Assembly (NCBI RefSeq): GCF_000485595.1
Contig: NW_014577061.1
Coordinates: 720,728 to 784,727 of the forward strand
DNA: 64,000 bases
From: Priapulus caudatus
Taxonomy: Eukaryota
Reading direction: 5' to 3'
Positions 39,783-54,596 of this stretch are shown one piece after another. A model generated the notes under the pieces. The model was not told where the DNA came from. It searched no databases and was given only the letters and a program-made list of their open reading frames with translations. Made by a program: the position numbers and the translations under genes. Position 1 is the first letter of the stretch. Every line of letters begins with the position of its first letter.

Positions 39783-39930
39783 ATAGTGGTCCCCGCTTTA
39801 TCGAGACAGGTCGGGAACCAAGAAAATGTCCCGGCGAACACACAACAACGTGTGTAAGAAAATTGTTTTCCAAAGACATTTGTCGTTTGAGCGATGCGCC
39901 CGTCCGATCCGGGTCCCGATAAAGCGGGGA
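39783..39930. mobile_element. Tc1/pogo(Tigger)-like MITE fragment
   Basis: Start TA-TAGTGGTCCCCGCTTTATCGAGAC and an inverted motif GTCCCGATAAAGCGGG near 39913-39929. Confidence 0.4.
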
Positions 39931-41754
39931 AATGGTTCCCAAGGCATCCACGCGTACCCCCCCCCCTCCTCCTCCGCCTCCCAACTGCTTTCTTCCGGCA
40001 TGACAGAAACTACGATGACTTACGCGCCGTGGAGAGCCTCGTCCCCGGCGACAGCGCTTCCGTTTTTGCGATCGCAATAGCAAGCGGCCTTTCACAGCGA
40101 AAAGAAACGAGAAGGTTTAACGAAACGCGAAAAATTTCGGAGCGCAAATTTGATCCGCGAGATGAGGCTTCAAAACGAGTGACGGGCTGTAATTTCTTAT
40201 TTCCGCCGATACGCGGCGCGACCGTCGGCTCTGATGATGACAGGGTGTGGAAACGGCGGCAGTGGTATTATATAGCAGCCTTCCGCAAAATGCTTGTTAT
40301 TGGATTGGCAATATCAATTGGCTGCTGACATTTACACTCATTATTTACTCTTTCTTGCGTACACACGCGGCAAGGTTTTCATAAAGTCCGCACCCTCGCG
40401 AACACAGCGGGATTCGTGATGGCATGTATCCATTAGCAAAGGCCAATCTATTACAAGCGAAAACAAATATTCCGGCCAATAATTGGTTATAACAATGACA
40501 CACGGAAACTCTGTCTGAGAATGATGAGGAACAGGCGGATGAGTTGGCAGCCAAAGCATTCGCGCCGCTTGTGTCAATGATGTGGCATAAATTCCATATT
40601 TGCACAGTGATACTACGCTATTACTGTCGCTGATGCAACTGCTGCTCCTGCGGCTATTGCTGCCACTGTTGGTGCTACCATTACGAGTACTGCTGCTGCG
40701 GCTGCTACTGCTAACACTATCCCTACGCCTACCACTGCACCAGTACCACTTACACCAGCACTTCCACTACCACTACTGTTATCACAACAGTGAGCATACT
40801 ACAATAAAATTGTAAAAGTAGTTAATGAAAAGACGTGTTCTCGCCAGCGGATGAGCTGATGTAGATGCGCAAGCAGTGCGACTGTCCTTAGAGACCCGGT
40901 GTAGCGCGAAATTTCTGACTTGCGAAATTCATGATATAGGGATGCGTATGCTAGAGTTTGATTGTTTAAAGTGATTACGTCACCGTAAATAGTAAAAATA
41001 AAAATAACATTTCCACTTTTTCACAAAATATAAGTAATTCTGTTCACTTTTTGTTGTTAAATTGCTGCATTATTACTTCCTATTTTACTATATTGTTCGA
41101 TGTGAACATACACTCGTGACTCATACATAGCCCATAGCAAGCAATTAGTGTCAGGAACACAGGCAAAACGGATGCAGAATAGAGGCATTTCCAAGAACTG
41201 ATCGATCCAAGGTCGTGGGAACGCTCTCTTCAACGACGCTCCGTGTCGTTTTTGATTAGAATATCAACTACAATCTCTACCTATCAACTCTAAACTCTAA
41301 CTAATATAAACGTTACAACACAGTTTGTGTTCGTCCAATTGTACACAACTTATCGTAACACAAAGACGAGCTGTGATTGGTCGGGTCGGCACGCATACGC
41401 ATACGCATCCTATATCAGGAATTTCGCAGACGTCAGGAAATTCGCGCGACACCGGGTCACTGTCCACGAGAGAATGTCCCAATCACCACAGCGAACAACA
41501 CCACGTCGCCAGAACCCCGCTATGATTAATCGTTACCGTTACCAACAGCAGATCTGTAGTAACACGGAGTGGTTATCTGTCTTGTCTTGACCAAAACCCG
41601 GTTCTTCTGGTCTAGTCAGTAAAGGTCTCGTACCAACACGAGAAGAGCCAGCAGACGTGTAGATTTCAGTAGAGCTCAGTTCAGATAGCAAGACTATAGG
41701 CACTGGCGTATGGCAAGTTGTTTGTGTCATAATTCGATTTTTGTTTTATGGTTG

Positions 41755-41998
41755 ATTTTATCACATATAACATTCGATTTATCACATATAACATTCGATT
41801 TATCACATATAACATTCGATTTATCACATATAACATTCGATTTATCACATATAACATTTGATTTATCGCATATTATTTGATTTTATATCAGAAAAGAGAA
41901 TCGAATGATTCGATGCGTGAATCGAATGATTCGATGCGTGAATCGAATGATGCATCGAATCATTCGATTCACGCATCGAATGAATTTGAATCGAATTA
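41755..41998. repeat. Two adjacent 21-bp tandem arrays
   Basis: TTTATCACATATAACATTCGA (~5.5 copies), then GAATCGAATGATTCGATGCGT with an inverted copy. Confidence 0.9.
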
Positions 41999-42078
41999 TG
42001 AAACAGAATACATGCTATACTGGCCCGGCGTGCTCGTAGTACGAACAGGCGATAGCCGCGATAGTAGCTTATATATAT

Positions 42079-42913
42079 TATCAGGAGTGTATCAATAGGA
42101 GTGAGACAGACTAAAACCGGCAAAATTCAACATTTAGTAGCCTTAGTCTACCTATGATTTATTGTGTTTACCTCAATAAACTTGAGCTCAAGTCTTGCCT
42201 TAATCATTAAACTTTATCCGTGTCTAATCGTTGGTCTCACAAAAATGACAAATCGGGAGATATCGGTCCAAACGTACAATGTGGTTTTTGAAAGTTATAG
42301 CGCATTTTCAACAACTGTGAACCGAAACATAAGGGCAATGCTTTTGAAAGCCCTCTATCGCTTAGCAATGCAAACATAGCAAACAACTAGCGAGGTTTGC
42401 TAGGGATTTCGGAAAGTTAAACACGACTTGGTGTTATTAATACTATTTACATTAGAAATAAAAAATTTCACATGTTTAGTATTTTTATCCATTTTATTTT
42501 TTCTTAACAATATTGTTCATAACATGTAATTACTGTCATTCGACATGGCCTATAATAACAACAAGGCGTGTTTAACTTTCTGAAATCCCTGGCAAACCTC
42601 GCTAGTTGTTTGCTATGTTTGCATTGCTAAGCGATAGAGGGCTTTCAAAAGCATTGCCCTTATGTTTCGGTTCACAGTTGTTGAAAATGCGGTATAACTT
42701 TCAAAAACCACATTGTACGTTTGGACCGATATCTCCCGATTTGTCATTTTTGTGAGACCAACGATTAGACACGGATAAAGTTTAATGATTAAGGCAAGAC
42801 TTGAGCTCAAGTTTATCGAGGTAAACACAATAAATCATAGGTAGACTAAGGCTACTAAATGTTGAATTTTGCCGGTTTTAGTCTGTCTCACTCCTATTGA
42901 TACACTCCTGATA
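42079..42913. mobile_element. Long-TIR foldback element (~835 bp; arms ~360 bp, nearly identical)
   Basis: TATCAGGAGTGTATCAATAGGAGTGAGACAGAC... is mirrored by ...GTCTGTCTCACTCCTATTGATACACTCCTGATA. The same 71-aa ORF (one residue different) appears on both strands. Flanks are TA-rich. Confidence 0.9.
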
Positions 42914-43249
42914 TTATAGACTGTAGAGATGGACATGGAAATTGGACACGGACATTAAAATTAGAACAATAAAACTATTAAAACATATACTGTATGCGAT
43001 CAAACTACTGCGTCTCCAGTTAGCATGCATTAATTACTACTGCCGCTACCGTAACAGTACCGTACATTTTCATCTGTGGTGCCAGACAATATCAACTGAG
43101 AATTTTTTTTCTAAATCCTCGAAACTCACATATTCCGGCCTCGGTGCGAGAACACAGCTGATTACCGCACATTTACAGTTACACGCAGAAATGCGTACAT
43201 GTGCACGGTAAACACAGCTACGTGTGGTGGCCACGCACTCACTCTACGC

Positions 43250-43345
43250 CAGTAGTTCTTAACCTTTTTTGACTCGTGGACCCCTTTGAGAATCTGGTGA
43301 GAGCTACGAACCCCGCCCAAGAAAAATTCACATAAGCACATGTAT
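43250..43345 (+). mobile_element. hAT/Charlie-like 5' end fragment
   Basis: CAGTAGTTCTTAACCTTTTTT..GTGGACCCCTTTGAGAATCTG resembles Charlie-type terminal sequence from memory. It is preceded by CTCTACGC, similar to the Charlie NTCTAGAN target. Confidence 0.5.
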
Positions 43346-45354
43346 AAATGATCTACGTGCCTCGTGCATTGATGATATGATTCGTCACATCGAGTGACTC
43401 GATCGAGTGACCTGACCTATGTTGTTCTTCACCTGTATTCAAATATTCTGCCACAAAATAGCTCACACATCGTGAACGTGGAATAAGCTACAGCTCCAAA
43501 CACGTGTATACTACTAGCCGTACAATCGCATTCAGTATCAGCACGCAGCCGCTCTCACCGCGACCTTTCCCAACCAACATCGCCATTTTACATGATCCCA
43601 CCAACATTGCATCCCACGTCGTTATACGACGGTTTAGTAAACAAAATCATATTTCATGAAGCATGTTGAATTAATTTATTCAGTGAAATTGGAATCCCTT
43701 CAAATTTTAGCTGTCAGTAACATAGGAAATTCCATTAGGCCTACAACGGCACAAATTGCGATTGTGACTGTGAAGCCGCCATTATAAAGGCATTTACAGA
43801 AATTCGCAAGAAAAGGTGGCGGAAACCAAAACGAGTAATCCAAATTCGAATCGTGCATGTTTTGGTGAATATAGCTAAGTACGAAGGTTATTTATGACAC
43901 ATGTTACAGTTAGCATTACTCTAGACAGTCGCTGTTACTAACGCAATAACGGTAACTATCGTAAAAGTGGGGAAAAGACGAGACTGTTAGGAAATTATTT
44001 TCGAAATAATGGCTTTTTAAGACTGCATTCTCCGAGCAGCGCACTCGCTGATTAATGTATAATTAGCCGAACCTACAGTTCATTGATAACACCAGACGGA
44101 CAGCTGACACTTACGCCGACATTTTGTATCAAATTTAAATGCAAATATCGATTTTTCATTCTCATAACCGTTTACGAGACCTTGATAAACGATGACCTTT
44201 ACTTGACGTGCCGTAGAGCAAGCAAAAGCTCGCGCGCACAAACACGCACGCACGCACGCACGCACAAACACGCATGCACGCACGCACACTATCTGAATCA
44301 CACGTGTGGGACTTTACACCTAGCTGCCGTAAAGCAGAACCTGACAGCAAACGCATTCGTATTTGTTTGTAGCGAATAAGTAGTTACAGTATCAATCTAC
44401 GAGTACTTTACAGTAAGCATTCTCAACACGCGCATGCAATCACTCATTTCAACTCAATAGTAGAGTACGGCTCGATGGCTTGATCGACTAGACATAATAG
44501 CGTGCATCCGCTCGACATTTCAAGCGGCTCGATATTCAAACCATCTCGTGATATCAACCGGCCCACTATGTAATAGCGATTAACCGTGTTCAAGAAGAGA
44601 TTCCGGCGCGGCGCGGGAAAAACGAGCGTGAAAACGGTTACAATTCATCTCTAAATTTTCGCTCTCTCGCTTGTCTCCCAGATGGCCACACTATACTGCG
44701 GTTAGACGACAACAGTGGCGCGTACGGCGAGAAGGGAGATTCGATGAGGCGAGGAGGTGAGAGAGGGAATTCGTGCCGCTTCCGCGAGCACTTGTAATAG
44801 CTGGATTATAACGCGCATGCATGCCTACATCACGCCTGCACGCGGCAATGCACACGAACGTACTCGGCTCAAGATATAGCGGCTCTTGTTGTGTCTAACT
44901 TTAAGGCGGCTAGCCCATCTGAAAATGTTGTCGTTCTGCCGACCCAGCCACGTTCGGAGATGACACGTAAAAACGCTGTGTAGAAGAAAACCAACGTCCG
45001 GCTGCGGCACGCGCTCTTCAGAAAAACATCTGCGGCGCGCGTTCCCGTCGCGAGGGATACATGCTAAACTATCGAGATCAAAGTAGCTGCGCACGTGCCC
45101 GCTATATCGAATTCCTGGAAGATGACTTTCTCCCGTAAAAAAAAACGATGCCGATAACGAACCAAAAACGCGTCACTAGAGTCGATTCGTGTGTGTTGTG
45201 AGACGTCGACACGTACTTAAAGTCCATTACGAACGCGCCCTGCACGACTGTCACCGAGCTGCCGCCCCCCACTTACTTATCGCGCCTTCAGGCTTATGGT
45301 GAGATTTGAGTGGAATTAACCGATCGGTGTGCGTGAACTGCTCTAAGAGCGTTT

Positions 45355-46430
45355 ACACTCCCACCAGCATGGGAGACACTGCCCCCTTACGCACCCTCCT
45401 ACACTGACCAGCCTACAATTGACTGATACACACTCCCACCAGCATAGCGGACACTGCCCCCTCACCCGCCCTCCTACACTGATACACACTCCCACCAGCA
45501 TAGCGGACACTGCCCCCTCTCCCACCCTCCTACACTGATACACACTCCCACCAGCATAGCGGACACTGCACTCTCACCCACCCTCCTACACTGATACACA
45601 CTCCCACCAGCATAGCGGACACTGCCCCCTCACCCACCCTCCTACACTGATACACACTCCCACCAGCATAGCGGACACTGCCCCCTCACCCACCCTCCTA
45701 CACTGATACACACTCCCACCAGCATAGCAGACACTGCCCCCTCACCCACCCTCCTACACTGACCAATCTACACTGATACACACTCCCACCAAGCCCGCGA
45801 TTAGCAAGACCACCTGCTCCCCTCCCCGCCCTGCTAACATGACCATCTTACACTTGATACCTACTGCCCACCAGGCATCAGCAGACACTGCCCCTCACCA
45901 CCTCCTACGACTGATACACGACTCCCACCAGCATGCAGACACTGCCCCTCACCCGGCCTCCTACCACTGGATACACACTCCCACCAGTATAGCAGACACT
46001 TGCCCACTCACCACCCCTCCGTCACCATGCATACGACACTCCCACCAGTCATGCAGACACTTGCCCCCTCACCCGCCTGCCTCTACACTGATACACCACT
46101 CACCACCTGTATAGGCAGACACTGCCCCTCAGCCCACCCTCCCTACACTGACGCCAATCCTACACTGTACACACTCCACGCAGCATAGCGGACCTGGCCC
46201 CCGTCACCCGCGCCTCCTACACTGATGACACACTCCCACAGCAGTTAGCAGGACTACTGCCCCCTCACCCACCCTCCTACAGCTGATACACATCTCCACC
46301 AGCCATAGCAGACACTTGTCCCATACTCCACCTCCTACACTGATACACATCCCACAGCATTAGCAGACACATGCCCCATCACCCGCCCTCTTACACTGAC
46401 CAATCGTAACACTGATACACACTCCACCCA
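45355..46430. repeat. 56-bp minisatellite (clean copies to ~45790, indel-rich copies after)
   Basis: Unit CACACTCCCACCAGCATAGCGGACACTGCCCCCTCACCCACCCTCCTACACTGATA. Confidence 0.95.
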
Positions 46431-49400
46431 CTTGAACTCTACGCCGGCACTTCGCTGACCTGCGACCAGTTATGTCCATCACTCCCTGGCTGACACTCAA
46501 GTCCAGTCCGACAAGTCCGACAATTCGAACCTTATCAGTGGAATACCGCCCCATAGAGCTGCCTGGTTGGAATAGTATAAATGCTTCCAGTGGCAAGCTC
46601 CCCCACACTACATTGCGCCATGGGGTCGGGGCATGTCTAAAGGCGCGTCAGAACTGTAACCGCGACTAGAAACATTTACTGCGTCGCCAATTGGAAACGC
46701 GATCGTAGCAACGACGTTTGCCATGCCTACTAACTTAACCTAGTATATATATGCTACTCGTTATAATATTACTGAATATAATATATATATATATGATATA
46801 TATATATATTATATGCATATATTACACGACACAAAACATGCGGCACGCCGCACGAGTGCGTACGCACGCACGCACGCACGCACGCACACACGCACGGCAC
46901 GCACGCACGCACGCACCCGCGATGCGCACGCACGAACGTCCACGCACGGCACGCACGCACGCACACACACACACACACACAACACCACACCAACACATAT
47001 ATATATAATTTAAGATCATATATAAAAATATATATAGAGGATATATAGTATGCTACACCGGCAGTGTGCCGCTGTCACCTTCAAGATGTTTTCTCTGACA
47101 ACGTCTCCATCGGGCTTTCGTCAGATGTAATTTACTGGCAATATCGCATATATACGCGCTTACGCCCACGACAAGCTCGCTGTCAACCAAAAACTCAGCG
47201 TTTCCTAAATGTCACGGAGCTAAATAAATGGGTGAAGCCCCACTGAAATATTTCAAGTGAAAACCAGAGTGAACGCAGTATTGTTGTTATACATTGTGTG
47301 GTTAGAGAAAGCTATCAGATTTCGGTATAGGCGGGTTGTGACTAAGGGCATCTCCACACTGACACCACGCCATGCGGTGGCCACCTCAGAGTGAGAGCAC
47401 GCCACATTGAAGCCACGTGGCATTGAGATCTCTCTCTGCCGCTCTCACTCACTTACTAACTCTCTCTCCCTCTCTCACACACACTCTCACTCACCCTCCC
47501 CCATATCTCTCTCCCTCACTCTCTCACTCTCTCTCTCTCTCTCTCTCTCTGGTCTCTCTCTCTCTCTCGTCCTTCTCTCTCATCTCTCTCTCTCTCTCTC
47601 TCTCTCTCTATGGCGTCTCTATCGTCTCTCTATCTATCTCTCTCTCTTCGTAATCTCTCTCTCTCTCTCTCGCTATCCTCTTCATCTATCTCTATACTCT
47701 ATCTCGTATCTCTATCTCTATCTCTATCTCTATCCTCTATCTCTCTCTCTACCTCTCTATCTCTATCTCGTAATCTCTACTTCGTACCCTTATTCCATTC
47801 TATCTCCTATCTCTATCCTCTATCTCTACTCTTCTACTCTATCTCTATCTCATATCCACTCTATCTCTATCTCTATCTCGTATCGTCTATCTCTATCGCT
47901 ATTCTTCTATCTCTCATCTATCTCTATCTCTACTCTCATCTCTTCACTCTTCACTCTCCAAATCTCACTGCTCACTCTCACGTCTCACTCTCAACTCTCA
48001 CTCTCACCTCACTCTCTCTCTCGTCCTCTCTCTCTCTCTCTCTCTCCTCTCTCTTCTGCTCTCTCTCTCTCTCTCTCCTCTTTCTCCATCTTTCATCTAA
48101 ACAGAACTCCCTGCAAAGTTGATAATCTCCTCACTGGTTTGTACTTAACCTTTACGCCAGAATGTTGAAGGGACTAGATCGGCATTCACGTGAGGCGAAC
48201 ATGAAAAAAAAAAACACGCACCACAATTGTTAGGTACAAAATACAATCGTGCACATCAATTTACTGTGCACATTAGGCCTGCTAACTGGGGTGCAATGCA
48301 ATAAGATACGATAGATGCTGCATCGACAAAAATACATAATGTACCATTCTAGCGCTAGCTTTCGCCATCACAACTTCACACAGTTTAACACACCCAACTC
48401 TAAGGCGATTTACGTAGGAATTGGTATATCGCATGGTTTGTTTTTCAAAAATCAACTAGAAAACTGCTCTGCGCAAGTGCCTCTCTCTCGCTCTCGCTCT
48501 CGCGCGCGCTCTCTTCCTCTCTCTCGCCTCTCTCTCTCTCTCGTCTTTCTCTCTCTCTCTCTCTCTCTCTCCCTCTCTCTCTCGCTCGCTCCTGGCATTC
48601 CCGGGGCTGCTACAACAGCGGCTGGGTTATAAGTAGGCTGTCTAAGATGAATAGCGTCTCGAAAAAGTCGGATTAGATTTCAAAACATCCCGGCGCACGA
48701 TATCATCACGTTCTCCTCTAATATATACAAAGTTCTCTATTCCTCCTTCCAAAGAAGCCAATTTCTCCTTCGTATGCATAAAAATATCGTCTATTACATG
48801 TGATTTACTCACTCGTGTATCAAAGATTAGATTTAGCATTTTTAAATATAATTTCAAAAAAGCTAATCAGGAAGATTTCGATTTTTCGGAAACAGTTATA
48901 GATATGTATAGTAAGTTGGGTCGGGTAAAATCACTGGCCTGCGAGAAAGAATAACAGCAGTTTAGGTTGCCGGGGTTATCGTGCAAATGTCGACGTTTTG
49001 GGGCAGAGGAAACAGATTAGTTCTAATCCAAGAAAGTCTGGCGATAAAATCCATCGACACACGAACACATAAACCATTGTCCATCCACCATGTCTTTAAG
49101 AACTTGAGTCGATCAGCCTGACGTAAGTTGCTTTCACGCGGTAACGATCATTTGGACTTTTAGAGCATCGTATAGCTGCCATCGCCTTGCCGAGCCTTTC
49201 ACAAATTACTGGAGGTTTAAAGTTCATGATATGGAGTCTGCAGAAATGTGTGGCTCGCCACACGAATCACCATCTGTTATATAAAGGACTTCTACAGACG
49301 TTTACGTGTCACCGCACGAGAGGCACACAATGGCAGCGTCTGTAAACGCGTGGCAAGCATTAGCTCGAATGTAGACAAAAGCAGAATCTTTACAACATAA

Positions 49401-52400
49401 TTACATTCTATACTTATGCTTATCGTATCTCCCATCTTGTGGCGCCTAACAAAGAGCGAACAGTAACAACGGTCAGACTAATTTATTTGCATAATGGCGT
49501 CGCCTCAGTGCGGGTCATTAAATTGCTAATTATTGCGCATAATTAGTTACTTTCAAATATGTAAAATGAGTTATTGTCTCAAGATTCGTTTATGATTTCT
49601 TTTTTTAAATTACACACGCAGAAGATTTATGTTGTTGCTTGCCATATGATCGTAAGTCTAGCCACGCTGATAAACCACATAAGTAGGTTGTGTGTGTGCG
49701 TAGGATAGTGAGATTCAAACATAAGAACCAGGGTCGGAGTATATGCTTTATAATCGGAGGCAATCACATACGAGTCTGTGCAGAGCGGGAGGCAGCTATT
49801 GATTTTAATGACGAAAACCAGATGAGATTGTGTGGAAGAGAAAACGACTCGAAAGCAACCTTCACAGACGTGTGCAGTGCACACACTACACACGAGGGAG
49901 GATTTCCAATAGTCACCGCTGAAACACTACGCATTTTCTTGTTAGACGACGCATGCATACATGGCCTAAAAACTCAGGCGAGCTGATCTCCTCTCATGTT
50001 AACTTGTCCGTCGTTTAACAAAATTCCTGCTTCCTTCAGTAGCATTATCCAGCCAAAATGTAAGCCGTTTTATCTGTCCAGCATGCAATATGTGTTGCAT
50101 GACACCAATCACCCTAAGGTTAACCGTGTACATTACCACGAACATGGTTGACCAAAGTGAATGACAGTGAAAAGGCTTATCCAAGGTAGATGCAGACATA
50201 CGCATGATCCCCAAGAAAGCTGACAACATTGGCAATTCGGCAAAACATCGATGGCAAGTATGTATATAGACCCGCCGCTGCAATTTAAAAGCACTTTTCC
50301 GATATCGATACTAGTTGTTAGTATGAGCAGATATTAAATTTTGTTGTTAAGGATACTCTCAAGTATGTTTTTTTATTATTTATTTGTAATTCATTATCAT
50401 TCCAAATTCATTTTCATTTCAAATTNNNNNNNNNNNNNNNNNNNNNNNNNNNNNNNNNNNNNNNNNNNNNNNNNNNNNNNNNNNNNNNNNNNNNNNNNNN
50501 NNNNNNNNNNNNNNNNNNNNNNNNNNNNNNNNNNNNNNNNNNNNNNNNNNNNNNNNNNNNNNNNNNNNNNNNNNNNNNNNNNNNNNNNNNNNNNNNNNNN
50601 NNNNNNNNNNNNNNNNNNNNNNNNNNNNNNNNNNNNNNNNNNNNNNNNNNNNNNNNNNNNNNNNNNNNNNNNNNNNNNNNNNNNNNNNNNNNNNNNNNNN
50701 NNNNNNNNNNNNNNNNNNNNNNNNNNNNNNNNNNNNNNNNNNNNNNNNNNNNNNNNNNNNNNNNNNNNNNNNNNNNNNNNNNNNNNNNNNNNNNNNNNNN
50801 NNNNNNNNNNNNNNNNNNNNNNNNNNNNNNNNNNNNNNNNNNNNNNNNNNNNNNNNNNNNNNNNNNNNNNNNNNNNNNNNNNNNNNNNNNNNNNNNNNNN
50901 NNNNNNNNNNNNNNNNNNNNNNNNNNNNNNNNNNNNNNNNNNNNNNNNNNNNNNNNNNNNNNNNNNNNNNNNNNNNNNNNNNNNNNNNNNNNNNNNNNNN
51001 NNNNNNNNNNNNNNNNNNNNNNNNNNNNNNNNNNNNNNNNNNNNNNNNNNNNNNNNNNNNNNNNNNNNNNNNNNNNNNNNNNNNNNNNNNNNNNNNNNNN
51101 NNNNNNNNNNNNNNNNNNNNNNNNNNNNNNNNNNNNNNNNNNNNNNNNNNNNNNNNNNNNNNNNNNNNNNNNNNNNNNNNNNNNNNNNNNNNNNNNNNNN
51201 NNNNNNNNNNNNNNNNNNNNNNNNNNNNNNNNNNNNNNNNNNNNNNNNNNNNNNNNNNNNTAAAGAAAAATCCTGATGCGCTATTTTGGTCCATATTGTG
51301 CTTAACATGTGGCGAAAATTTTGTATCCTCACTCTTTCTGGTAGTTGAGAAATATCCAAAATGCCATTTTTACATAAAAATTCAAAATTTGTGTGGTAGC
51401 ATAATTAGGTGCTGGAAATTTCATGAAATTTTTTGGCTTGAGCATAGAGATATATCTCCTCTATAAATATAACAAGTGATTGATTAGATTCATTCGCCAA
51501 TAAACGTTTAATCTTCATTAGAGCAATACCTGTGCAAAACGTTGAGAGTATCCTTAACGTTTCTAGTTTAGCAATTATAGGTTCGATAACTAACTTTCAT
51601 GCACGGCACTACAAACATGGAGCCTAGAAAGCACGCCCGCAGGCACGCAAGCAGGCACGCACGCACGCACATTCCTAAGCAGAGAGTTCGTGATATGCGC
51701 AGCTACGCAGCATTTCGTCATGCGCGTTAACCCCTTGCGGCCACACTCCATGTAGGCCAAAAACCCGGCCAGTATCATTGGCTGAACACAGCGCTGTTCT
51801 CTGATGGAAACAACTCATCTTCCCCGGCACGCTAATTTCCCGCCGGGCGCCCTTGATTGGGGTGTTGCTATCCCCCGGGTACCCCCTTGATTGCCTCATT
51901 TCGACACATGTGAGCGAGCCCATTACATCGGCCTCGCTGCAATTTAACACCGGCCACACAGACGGGCAAAAACTCCAGACGACATCAAACCTCCCCTAAT
52001 TTCACGAATTGCCCCATTTCGAGCCAAGCCTTATATAATTGCCTGGACCTAAAATGCAATTCTGTGTCCGCATCGGTTCGTCATTTGCTCCATGGTGGAT
52101 GAGAGATGAAGGTCCCGTGAGTAGATCTAAGTGCCCTAGTTAGTAGTCACGTGTGCACGTCCGCCATGTTGAACAGGCACGGCGCTTCCAAGACTAAATT
52201 AGCTAATTAGATATGCACTACGAATGATGTCCGAACTATCACTAATATGAACGATGAATCACTTGGCATCTTTCTGGTCGACATAACAGTATAAATATTC
52301 GAACGTGTACATTTATTATATATATATATGTAACGCGTATGTGTAATATGTAGCAGTGGTATGTATAGCTATTACCCGCCTCGCTATATATCGTATTATA

Positions 52401-52665
52401 GCTATTACCCGCCTCGTAAGTACAGTCGTCCCCGCAAACATCGACGCAGCTTTCTGTCAGGTAGAATATCTGATATTGACTGCTCTCTTCACTAGGCTAG
52501 CGAAGGCCACACCTGTCTGAGCGCTAATATGCTGTCCTTGCACGTGTAACGTATCACTTCCGTTTCCCCTCACCTTGCGCCTTGCTGATGCGTGCAATCG
52601 CATCAGTGCCGGTGGGTAACACTTTCATGTCGCACATACCGATGCATTTCATGATTGCACGCGCC

Positions 52666-52745
<80 letters not shown>

Positions 52746-54596
52746 CTTCCTCGTGCAGTTAAAGCATCGGGAAGACTTCCACAGCCAGAGGTAATAAGCA
52801 GGGCAGCGGACAGGTACGTATGCAGATGCGCAAGCAAACTCATCTCAACATCACCTCGGGTGGCGAATCATGTGATGGATAGGTCTCCAACTAAAATGTC
52901 AAGGCGCGCCAATACTGGTTTCAGTTTGGAGGAACGAGAAAGCATTACTCGGCGTCTCCTATATATACATGTATACATACCTGCATTGCAACGACACGGC
53001 TGACAGAGACAAACGCCCGTGGAGAGCAGAGCAGCATTAGCAGTTTCTCAGCCGATTAATACCTGTCCAGCTTTACTCTAACCCTTACCCTTCCCCGGCC
53101 GGTTCGAAGTCATTTTCGAACCAATTGCCTTGCTATAGCTATCATCCTGCTATATCATTCCCTTCGCTTCTTTTTCCGTTCACTCTTCTTTCTCGTGTAG
53201 TGTTGAATATATCTCGAACGTAGACAGTAGGTAGTAACAGTTGTATAAACGGTGACAACTACAGTTTTATTATAAATACGGATAAACAGCACAGTCAAAA
53301 CAGTGTACACGTACCGGTTAGGGGTTGCCGTCGTCTCTCCGTTTCTAGCAAAACCTGTCCATGTGAGCTCTTCATTATGTAGCTATTCTAAAATGCCTTC
53401 TGTCCACGCTGAATTATGTGTGCTCTTAAGTATGTAGCTAATGTCTTCTGGGTCCATCGCCGGCCGTCCCTGAACATTTGCATGAGTAATGTGCCAAATT
53501 CCCCATGTCTCCATCTCAAAGCTAAAACGCCGTACTACACTCGCTCTCTCCCTCTTTCTCTCGCTCACTCCCTCTTCCTCTCCCGCTCTCCCACTCCTCC
53601 TTCCTCTCTCCCTATCCCTACCTTTCATGCTATCCCCCTATCCCCAGCCGTCTGCCCTCTGTACTCTGTCCCTGTCACTGTCCCACATTATCCCTCTCAC
53701 TAATACCCGTCCAAATCCACTCTTAATCCAAACCCTTGACCACTTCTAATCCTTTTCCCGCCAAGTTTCATTTCCTGCCCAGGCCGTGAAAGAGAACAGA
53801 CGAAACGACGTGTGAAAATGCGAGAGAATGCGACAAGAATATATTAAAGAACGAACGTAAGCGTAACTGCGTACGGGAGGAATGGCGACCAGAAGATGCT
53901 TTGTGGCTCACACAGGCCCAGCTCCAACCTCGCCGCTTAATTACGTGCAGACAGCATTTTTCAGCGTCTGAGATGGAAAACAAATTGCCTCAACGAGCCG
54001 AATTAGGTCACATCATGTTGGACACCAGACATGAATCATACTCATACATGCTATATATATATATCTCGCCGTCGCGGAACAAGTTTGCAGGGCCGAGCGA
54101 AATACGTGCCGGCTGGCTGGTCCTAATCTAACACTGAAGCACTGAAATACAGCCCATGACTATTCACGGCTCTCGCATCAATGATGCGGTGTGTATGAGA
54201 ATGTTTATCAGTATTAACAGTCTCGATTTTAAAGCGATACGGAAAATACGTGAGCAGCATGTCTTAATCTTGCAGGTGTTACACGCTGTTTTACCATTCT
54301 ACGTGTGATATGCTTGATAGCGGCGGTGTGCCGCAACAAAGCTTGATAGATACATCGATTTTATTACTCGTATAATAATAATAGCACGGCAGCGATGTTC
54401 ATAGCTAGACGTTTATATCTCACGTTCACGGGAACTTAACTCACTGCTCCCTAATATTTGACAAGAGCACACAAACACACGCACACACACACACACACGC
54501 ACGCGCACGCACGCACGCACACACACCTGTGAATACACGCAAACGCACAAGTACACGCACACCACTAAACGAGATTGTCATCTTCACACATGTATG

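Noticed and set aside
42164..42828. Twin 71-aa ORFs on opposite strands
   Set aside because: They are a by-product of the inverted repeat arms and carry no recognisable domain.
49600..50290. Possible decayed transposase (LTFWLDNA.. and CSVCTAHVCEGCF motifs, minus strand)
   Set aside because: The motifs are short and lie in separate ORFs with no consistent domain order. A TBLASTX or HMM search would be needed.
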